64,000 nucleotides of DNA from an uncultured Actinomycetes bacterium (GTDB lineage Bacteria; Actinomycetota; UBA4738; HRBIN12), in NCBI GenBank assembly GCA_963749895.1, contig CAVVOG010000001.1, positions 18,068-82,067 on the forward strand, read 5' to 3'. A program made the position numbers and the translations under genes. Below, piece after piece: positions 57,573-64,000 of the stretch. The notes under the pieces are model-generated. The model had not been told where the DNA came from. It did no database searches and was given only the letters and a program-made list of their open reading frames with translations. Each line of letters starts with the position of its first letter. Within the stretch, counting starts at the first letter, position 1.

Positions 57573-59132
57573 ATGCAGGCTTCCATGCCAACGGCGTTCG
57601 AGTCTCCACTCGTCGTCGTCTCGAACCGAGGCCCCGTGTCCTTCAGCCGCGATGAGGGCGGGGCCCTGATCGGCGAGCGTGGGTCCGGCGGCCTCGTCAC
57701 CGCCCTGGCCGGCGTGCTGTTCGAGTCCGATGCCACGTGGCTCGCCGCGGCGATGACGGATGCCGACCGCGAGGTCGCCGCGACCGGCCGGCCGATCGAC
57801 GTCGAGCCCGCCGGACGGGCGTCGTTCGTCGACATCGACCCGGTCCGCTACGAGGGCTACTACAACGGCATCGCGAACCGGGTGCTCTGGCTGATGCACC
57901 ACTACCTGTTCGATCTGGCCTATCTGCCGGCGTGGGACACCGAGACCCGACTGATCTGGAACGACTACCGCGAGGTGAACGCGACCTTCGCGAAGGCCCT
58001 CGACGCCGAACGCGACCGCGACCCCGTCTACCTGGTGCAGGACTACCAGCTGAGCCTGGTCCCTCAGATGCTCCGGGACATGCAACCGAACGCCCGGATC
58101 ACGCACTTCACGCACACTCCCTTCGCCGGCCCGACGTACCTGCGGCTGCTGCCGGCGGGGATGCGCGAGGAACTGCTCCGCGGGCTGCTCGGCGCCGACA
58201 TCCTGGGGTTCCAGGCCGATCGCTGGGCCGAGAACTTCCTGCTGGCCGTCCGCGACACCCTGCACGACGCCCACGTGGACGTGCGACGGCGGCGGATCGA
58301 CATCGACGGCCGGCGGGTGCTGGTGCGCGGCTACCCGATCGCGCTGGACCCCGTGCCGCTGCGCCGCACGTCCACCTCCCGCGAGGTCAAGGAGCTGCGC
58401 CGCGAGTTGGGGGCGTGGCGCGGCGACGCGAAGCTCTTGCTCCGGGTCGACCGGCTGGAGCTGTCGAAGAACATCGTGCGCGGCTTCCACGCGTACGACA
58501 CCTTCCTCACCGAGCACCCGGAATGGCGCGGGAAGGTGCGGTTCCTGTCGATCCTGCCGCGCTCACGCACCGAGATCCCCGAGTACGTGTCGTACGCGGA
58601 GCGGACCCTGGAGACGGCCGCCGAGATCAACGCGCGGCACGGAGGCCAGGACTGGACCCCGCTCGAGGTGAGGACCGAGGAGGACTACATCGGGGCGGTG
58701 GCCGCCTACGGTCTGTACGACACGCTCCTGGTGAACCCGATCTTCGACGGGATGAACCTCGTCGCGATGGAAGGGCCGCTGGTGAACAAGCGCCACGGGA
58801 CCCTGGCGCTGTCGGTGAACGCGGGCGCGTACGGCCGGCTCGGCCGCCACGCGATCGCCCTCAACCCGTTCGACGTCGTCGAGACCGCCGAGGCGATCCA
58901 CCTCGGCCTGACGATGCCGGAGGACGAGCGGACCCGCCGGGCCCGAGGGCTGATGCGCTCGGTCCTCGCCAGCAGCCCGACCCGATGGCTCACGGCGCAG
59001 CTGCGAGATCTCGACGCGGTCCGCGGGGTCGTCGCACGTCCTCGTCCCAAGCCGTTCGCGGAGGAGCCGTTCGACGGCGAGCCGGCGGTGCCCGACGAGC
59101 TGAACGGCGGGCTCCACAGGCCCGAGGGCTGA
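57573..59132 (+). CDS. otsA: alpha,alpha-trehalose-phosphate synthase (GT20)
   Basis: LVVVSNRGP start region and GT20 motifs (LWLMHHYLF, VQDYQLSLVPQMLR, HFTHTPFAG); the upstream part of ORF 56637..59132 is discarded. Confidence 0.85.
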   Translation: MQASMPTAFESPLVVVSNRGPVSFSRDEGGALIGERGSGGLVTALAGVLFESDATWLAAAMTDADREVAATGRPIDVEPAGRASFVDIDPVRYEGYYNGIANRVLWLMHHYLFDLAYLPAWDTETRLIWNDYREVNATFAKALDAERDRDPVYLVQDYQLSLVPQMLRDMQPNARITHFTHTPFAGPTYLRLLPAGMREELLRGLLGADILGFQADRWAENFLLAVRDTLHDAHVDVRRRRIDIDGRRVLVRGYPIALDPVPLRRTSTSREVKELRRELGAWRGDAKLLLRVDRLELSKNIVRGFHAYDTFLTEHPEWRGKVRFLSILPRSRTEIPEYVSYAERTLETAAEINARHGGQDWTPLEVRTEEDYIGAVAAYGLYDTLLVNPIFDGMNLVAMEGPLVNKRHGTLALSVNAGAYGRLGRHAIALNPFDVVETAEAIHLGLTMPEDERTRRARGLMRSVLASSPTRWLTAQLRDLDAVRGVVARPRPKPFAEEPFDGEPAVPDELNGGLHRPEG

Positions 59133-59133
59133 G

Positions 59134-60948
59134 TCAGCGTCGCACGCGGACGCGGCGGGCCAGACGGGGGCGACGATCCGCCGGGCCGACCTCCCCCCGG
59201 CTGAGGTTCATCGCGGTGCCGATCAGCGACACGTGTGAGAACGCCTGAGGGAAGTTGCCGACCAAGCGGCGCCGGACCGGGTCGTACTCCTCGGAAAGGA
59301 GCCCCAGGTCGGTGCGAACGTCGAGCACGCGCTCGAACAGCTCTCGCGCCTCGTCGGTCCGACCCTGGAGCGCCAGGCAGTCGGCGAGCCAGCACGTGCA
59401 CGGGAGGAACGCGCCCTCGCTTCCGGGCAGACCGTCGACGTGGGACCCGGTGTCGTAGCGCAGGACGAACCCGTCCGCCAGCAGCCGTTCCGCGATCGCG
59501 TCGACCGTCCCGCGGACTCGGGGATCGGTGGCGGGCAGGAACCCGACGAGCGGGATCATCAGGGTCGCCGCGTCGAGGTGCTTCGAACCGTACGACTGGG
59601 TGAATGCCCCGAGCTCGTCGTCGAAACCCTCGCGACAGACCTCGTCGTGGATCTCGGTGCGCAGGGCGCGCCAGCGCTCGACCGGCCCGTCGAACCCGAA
59701 CAGCTCGACGTCGCGGATCGCGCGGTCGATCCCGACCCAGGCCATCACCTTGGAGTGGGTGAAGTGGCGCTGGCCGCCGCGGACCTCCCAGATGCCTTCG
59801 TCGGGCTCGCGCCAGCGCGACTCCAGGGCGTCGAGGATCCGCAGCTCCATCTCCCACGCGGCGGCCTCGTGCGGGAGCCCCTCCCGCGACGCCTGGTGCA
59901 GCAGGTCGAGGATCTCGCCGTACACGTCGAGCTGGAACTGGCGCGAGGCGTCGTTGCCGACCCGAACGGGGAGCGAGCCCTCGTAGCCGGTCAGCCACCC
60001 GAGCTCCATCTCGGGGATCCGGCGCTCACCCGCGAGCCCGTACATGATCCGCAGGTCGTGCGGGTCCCCGGCCACCGCGCGCAGGAGCCATTCGCGCCAC
60101 GCCCCCGCCTCGCGCTCGTAGCCGGCCTGCAGCAGGCTGTACAGGGTGAACGTGGCATCACGGAGCCAGCAGAACCGGTAGTCCCAGTTCCGCGATCCAC
60201 CGAGCTCCTCCGGGAGCGACGTCGTGACCGCCGCGACGATCCCTCCGGTCGGACGGTAACTGAGCGCCTTCAGGGTGATGAGCGACCTCATGACCGCATC
60301 GCGCCACTCGCCACGGTACGTGCACTGCGTGGTCCAGTCGCGCCAGAAGCGCGTCGTGGCGCGGGCCGCGTCCCACGGATCGATCCGCGGCGGCGGAAGC
60401 TCGTGCGAGCGGTGCCAGACCAGGATGAACGCCACACGCTCCCCGGCCCGGACCTGCAGGTCGGACGTGACCAGTCCGGTCACGACCTCGAGCGGGGCGT
60501 CGGTGCGGAGCTCCACGGCGTCGGGGCCCGCGACCGCGGTGACGCTCCGCTTCCCCTGCCGAAGCCACGGGACGGCGGCCCCGTAGTCGAAGCGCAGGTT
60601 CAGCTCCATCCGCATCGGAACCACGCCGCGTAGCCCCTCGACCAGCCGCACCACCCGGGCCTGACCCCGTCGCGGCGTCATGAAGTCGGTCACGCGGACG
60701 GAACCGGATCCGACCTCGTACTCGGTCTCGAGCACGAGCGTGTCGGGACGGTAGGCGCGCCGCGTCCGGAAGGGCTCGGACGGAGCGAGCAGCCAGCGTC
60801 CGTGCTCGGGCTCACCGACCAACGCCGCGAAGCACGCGCCCGAGTCGAAGCGCGGCAGACACAGCCAGTCGATCGAGCCGTCACGGCCGACGAGCGCAGC
60901 CGTGTGCGTGTCGCCGATCAGCGCGTAGTCCTCGAGCGGGAGCGCCAC
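59134..60948 (-). CDS. glycoside hydrolase family 15 protein (glucoamylase/trehalase-like)
   Basis: 604 aa with an (alpha/alpha)6 barrel and GH15 N-terminal beta-sandwich (LIGDTHTAALVGRDGSIDWLCLPRFDS). Confidence 0.85.
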   Translation of the reverse strand: MALPLEDYALIGDTHTAALVGRDGSIDWLCLPRFDSGACFAALVGEPEHGRWLLAPSEPFRTRRAYRPDTLVLETEYEVGSGSVRVTDFMTPRRGQARVVRLVEGLRGVVPMRMELNLRFDYGAAVPWLRQGKRSVTAVAGPDAVELRTDAPLEVVTGLVTSDLQVRAGERVAFILVWHRSHELPPPRIDPWDAARATTRFWRDWTTQCTYRGEWRDAVMRSLITLKALSYRPTGGIVAAVTTSLPEELGGSRNWDYRFCWLRDATFTLYSLLQAGYEREAGAWREWLLRAVAGDPHDLRIMYGLAGERRIPEMELGWLTGYEGSLPVRVGNDASRQFQLDVYGEILDLLHQASREGLPHEAAAWEMELRILDALESRWREPDEGIWEVRGGQRHFTHSKVMAWVGIDRAIRDVELFGFDGPVERWRALRTEIHDEVCREGFDDELGAFTQSYGSKHLDAATLMIPLVGFLPATDPRVRGTVDAIAERLLADGFVLRYDTGSHVDGLPGSEGAFLPCTCWLADCLALQGRTDEARELFERVLDVRTDLGLLSEEYDPVRRRLVGNFPQAFSHVSLIGTAMNLSRGEVGPADRRPRLARRVRVRR

Positions 60949-60968
60949 GGCCCGACACTACCGCGCGG

Positions 60969-62216
60969 TCAGCCGTCGAGGACGTCGAGGAACTCGTCGA
61001 GATCGGGGGCGACGCTGTACGTCGGCTCGAGGTAGCCCTCGAGCGCCTCGATCGTCTTGTAGCCGTTGCCGGTGACGAACGCGACCGTCTCCTCGTCGGG
61101 ACGGATCACGCCCTGCTCGGCGAGGCGTTTGAGGTTCGCGATCGTGACGCCGCCGGCCGTCTCGGTGAACACGCCCTCGGTCGAGGCCAGCAGCTCGATC
61201 CCCTCGACGATCTCGGCTTCCGTGCACCACTCGATCGCGCCCTGGGTCTGGCGCGAGACCTGCATCGCGAACATCCCGTCGGCGGGTGAGCCGATCGCGA
61301 GCGACCGCGCGATCGTGTCGGGCTTCATAGGTGTGACCTGCTCGTCGCCGTTCTTGAAGGCCTGGGCCACGGGGCGGCAGCCTTCGGGCTGGGCGCCGGA
61401 CACGCGGTAGGGCTTCTCCTCGACCGCGCCGATCGCGATCAGCTCGGAGAACGCGCGGTGGACCTTCGTGAGGAGCGCGCCGGAGGCGATCGGGACGACG
61501 ACGTGATCGGGCAGGCGCCAGCCGAGCTGCTCGGCCACCTCGAACCCGAGCGACTTCGACCCTTCCGCGTAGAAAGGCCGCATGTTCACGTTCACGAACG
61601 CCCACGGCAACGCCTCCGCCACCTCGGAGCACAGCCGGTTCACGGCGTCGTAGTTCCCCTTGACCGCGACGACCTTCGCACCGTAGGCCTCGGTCGCGAG
61701 GATCTTCGCGCGCTCGAGATCCTCGGGCACGAACACGTAGCAGGGCATGCCGGCCTTCGCGGCGTGCGCCGCGGTCGCGTTCGCGAGGTTCCCGGTGGAG
61801 GCGCACGAGATGGCCTCGAACCCGAACGCGCGGGCCATCGTGATCGCGACGCTGACGACGCGGTCCTTGAACGAGTTCGACGGGTTGACCGAGTCGTCCT
61901 TGATCCAGAGCTTCTCGAGCCCGAGCCGCTCGGCGAGGTTGTCGGCGCGGCGAAGCGGCGTGAAACCGGCCCCGAGGTCGACGCGCTCGATCCCGGGACC
62001 GCCGGGCAGCAGGTACTCGTACCGCCAGAGCGACAGGGGCCCGGCCTCGACGTCACGACGGAAGTCGTCGCCGTCGAGCGACTGGAGGTCGTACGAAGGC
62101 TCGAGTGGACCGAAGCACTCCTCGCAGATCGTGAGCGGCTCGACCGGGTATTGCTGACCGCAGATCCGGCACTGCAGCGCCGCGGGCGTCGTGATGCCCC
62201 TGGCAGTGGTCACCAC
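60969..62216 (-). CDS. thrC: threonine synthase with an N-terminal zinc-ribbon
   Basis: [22 protein letters not shown] Zn-ribbon and PLP fold-type II with Lys in [12 protein letters not shown] start with AGGAGCG upstream; overlaps the ilvD stop. Confidence 0.85.
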   Translation of the reverse strand: MVTTARGITTPAALQCRICGQQYPVEPLTICEECFGPLEPSYDLQSLDGDDFRRDVEAGPLSLWRYEYLLPGGPGIERVDLGAGFTPLRRADNLAERLGLEKLWIKDDSVNPSNSFKDRVVSVAITMARAFGFEAISCASTGNLANATAAHAAKAGMPCYVFVPEDLERAKILATEAYGAKVVAVKGNYDAVNRLCSEVAEALPWAFVNVNMRPFYAEGSKSLGFEVAEQLGWRLPDHVVVPIASGALLTKVHRAFSELIAIGAVEEKPYRVSGAQPEGCRPVAQAFKNGDEQVTPMKPDTIARSLAIGSPADGMFAMQVSRQTQGAIEWCTEAEIVEGIELLASTEGVFTETAGGVTIANLKRLAEQGVIRPDEETVAFVTGNGYKTIEALEGYLEPTYSVAPDLDEFLDVLDG

Positions 62217-63889
62217 GTCGTCGCTCCTGTGTCGGCCGACCCGACGGTGCGCGCGTACTTCGCGAGCGCCCCCTGCGTGTACTTGGGCGCGGGCGCGGTC
62301 CACTCGGCACGGCGTCGCTCCAGCTCAGCGTCGTCGACGACCATGTCGATCCGGCGGTTCGCGGCGTCGATCACGATCTCGTCGCCCTCGCGGACCAGCG
62401 CGATCGGACCGCCGACGCACGCTTCCGGCGCCACGTGTCCGACCGAATACCCCTTCGTGGCGCCGCTGAACCGCCCGTCGGTGATCAGGGCGACGTCCTT
62501 GCCGAGGCCGGCTCCGGCCACCGCGGCCGTCACCGCGAGCATCTCGGGCATGCCTGGAGAGCCCTTCGGACCCTCGTAGCGGATCACGATCACGTCGCCG
62601 GCCTCGATCCGGCCGGCGGCGACCGCGTCGAACGCCTCCTTCTCGGAGTCGAACGGCCGGGCACGGCCGCGGAAGTCGAGGGAGGCGGCGCCCGCGGTCT
62701 TCATGACGCAGCCGTCCGGCGCGAGGTTGCCGCGCAGGATCGCGGTCCCGCCCTCGGCGTGGATCGGATCGGCGGCGGGACGTACGACGGTCCCGTCGGG
62801 TGCGGGCGGGTCGAGCGCCTTGAGGTTCTCCGCGATCGTCCCGCCGGTGACCGTCACGCAGTCCCCGTGCAGGAGCCCCATGTCGAGGAGCTCCTTCATC
62901 ACGACCGGCACACCGCCGACGCGGTCGAGGTCGCTCATCACGAACCGCCCTGCCGGACGGACGTCGACGAGGTGCGGGGTCCGGCGCGAGATCCGGTCGA
63001 AGTCCTCCAACTCGAGCTCCACGTGCGCCTCACGCGCGATCGCGAGCAGGTGCAGGACCGCGTTCGTCGATCCGGCGACCGCCATCACGACCGTGATCGC
63101 GTTCTCGAAGGCCTCCTTCGTCATGATCTGCCGCGGACGGAGGTCCATCTCGACCACCTTCGTCGCGGTCAGACCGGTCTCGCGCGCGGCGACCTCTCGC
63201 CGGTAGTCGACGGCGGGAGGGCTCGCGCTCCCGGGCACGGACATGCCCAGGGCCTCGCCGACGCAGGCCATCGTGTTGGCCGTGTACATCCCGGCGCACG
63301 ACCCGGTGCCCGGGCAGGCGCTGCGCTCGACCGCCAGCAGCTCGTCGTCGGACATCGAACCCTTCGCGTGGGCGCCCACGGCTTCGAACACGTCCTGGAT
63401 CGTGACGTCCTTGCCGGCGTACGTACCGGGCAGGATCGTGCCGCCGTACAGGTAGACGCTCGGCAGGTCCATCCGTGCCATCGCCATCAGCATCCCGGGC
63501 TCCGACTTGTCACAGCCGGCGATGCCGACCAGCGCGTCGAGCCGTTCCGCGTGGACGACCAGCTCGACCGAGTCCGCGATCAGGTCGCGGCTCATCAGCG
63601 AGGCCTTCATCCCCTCGTGTCCCATCGCGATGCCGTCGGACACCGCGATCGTCGTGAACTCGATCGGGACGCAGTCCCCCTGGCGGACGCCCTCCTTCGC
63701 CAGCGCGGCCAGCTTGTCGAGGTGGTAGTTGCAGGGGGTCACCTCGTTCCAGCTGGAGGCCACGGCGACCTGCGGCTTCCCGAAGTCCTCCTCGCTGAAG
63801 CCGACGGCCCGGAGCATCGCCCGTGCCGGTGCGCGCTCGGGGCCTTCGGTGACCTCCCAGCTGCGGGGACGCCTGCGCCCGCTTCCCAT
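62210..63889 (-). CDS. ilvD: dihydroxy-acid dehydratase
   Basis: ILVD/EDD family motifs ([36 protein letters not shown]). The ATG at 63889 has GGGAGG upstream. Confidence 0.9.
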   Translation of the reverse strand: MGSGRRRPRSWEVTEGPERAPARAMLRAVGFSEEDFGKPQVAVASSWNEVTPCNYHLDKLAALAKEGVRQGDCVPIEFTTIAVSDGIAMGHEGMKASLMSRDLIADSVELVVHAERLDALVGIAGCDKSEPGMLMAMARMDLPSVYLYGGTILPGTYAGKDVTIQDVFEAVGAHAKGSMSDDELLAVERSACPGTGSCAGMYTANTMACVGEALGMSVPGSASPPAVDYRREVAARETGLTATKVVEMDLRPRQIMTKEAFENAITVVMAVAGSTNAVLHLLAIAREAHVELELEDFDRISRRTPHLVDVRPAGRFVMSDLDRVGGVPVVMKELLDMGLLHGDCVTVTGGTIAENLKALDPPAPDGTVVRPAADPIHAEGGTAILRGNLAPDGCVMKTAGAASLDFRGRARPFDSEKEAFDAVAAGRIEAGDVIVIRYEGPKGSPGMPEMLAVTAAVAGAGLGKDVALITDGRFSGATKGYSVGHVAPEACVGGPIALVREGDEIVIDAANRRIDMVVDDAELERRRAEWTAPAPKYTQGALAKYARTVGSADTGATTW

Positions 63890-64000
63890 CTCGTGGACCT
63901 CCCTCGCTCCCGTGACCTGGCGACGCCGGGCAGAGGCCCCCACGGTAGCAACGCCGCGGTGACGCCGACGACGGCGCCGTCGATAGGATGCGATCGATGG

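Noticed and set aside
56569-57609. 346-aa minus-strand ORF opposite the MBL hydrolase gene
   Set aside because: It is antisense to a well-supported gene and has low-complexity translation. Only its last 17 codons (from the ATG at 56622) are meaningful as the candidate ilv leader peptide.
1-64000. Search for CRISPR arrays, IS elements or transposases, integrases, phage genes, tRNA/rRNA, or defence systems (nucleases, STAND ATPases, TIR, helicases)
   Set aside because: No direct-repeat/spacer periodicity, no inverted terminal repeats flanking transposase-like ORFs, and no translation with DDE/tyrosine-recombinase, phage structural or defence-domain signatures were seen. The window appears to be core or accessory metabolic chromosome.

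Overview
This is a 64 kb, very GC-rich (about 70% or more) bacterial chromosomal window, most likely actinobacterial. GTG starts are frequent, lipoproteins carry Cys-lipoboxes and RBSs are of the GGAGG type. About 55 tightly packed protein-coding genes are present, many translationally coupled through ATGA/GTGA overlaps. I found no rRNA, tRNA, CRISPR array, transposase or integrase.

The window falls into these blocks:
1. 1-13.7 kb: assorted metabolism. A 5'-truncated MFS transporter, a dimethylglycine-dehydrogenase-like flavoprotein, a YbaK-type deacylase, a SatP/YaaH channel, adenosine deaminase, a rhodanese lipoprotein, a 4Fe-4S/CDGSH protein, a LysA-family decarboxylase and several FAD oxidoreductases.
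2. 13.8-18.1 kb: an ABC-2 exporter (one ATPase, two permeases) convergent with a membrane-anchored lipoprotein.
3. 18.1-27.3 kb, all on the minus strand: a nitrous-oxide reductase (nos) cluster. The order is nosZ (Tat signal, CuA motif), a type-1-copper cupredoxin lipoprotein, a polytopic membrane protein, nosD, nosF, nosY, an Fe-S-type Rrf2 regulator, an L-2-hydroxyglutarate-oxidase-like flavoprotein and an amine-oxidase-like flavoprotein. The promoter upstream of nosZ carries an unusual GGACC/GGTCC repeat array, including a perfect palindrome.
4. 27.5-33.7 kb: an MBL-fold hydrolase, an M24 peptidase, an 849-aa secreted RTX-repeat protein, a CAP-domain protein and a DUF1918 protein.
5. 33.7-38.6 kb: a giant (1613 aa) NAD-specific glutamate dehydrogenase.
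6. 38.7-48.6 kb: secreted and membrane hypotheticals (one with a degenerate receiver domain plus a Pro-rich ectodomain), a DDAH/amidinotransferase, serC, a VOC protein, a class-III aminotransferase, a C45 acyltransferase, a lipoprotein and a PBP4-type DD-peptidase.
7. 48.6-56.6 kb: a translationally coupled ilvB-ilvN-ilvC-leuA-leuB-cimA operon on the minus strand. It is preceded by a classic attenuator (a 17-aa Val/Ile/Leu-rich leader peptide plus a GC hairpin and T-run) and a small overlapping ORF. ilvC (one shift) and leuB (two compensating shifts) carry apparent frameshifts.
8. 56.7-64 kb: a second MBL-fold hydrolase, otsA, a GH15 trehalase-like hydrolase, thrC and ilvD.

The most interesting content is the compact nos cluster, which is non-canonical (Tat-NosZ, cupredoxin donor, no nosR/nosL and no c-type cytochromes) and has candidate operator repeats and a downstream Rrf2/flavoprotein module.
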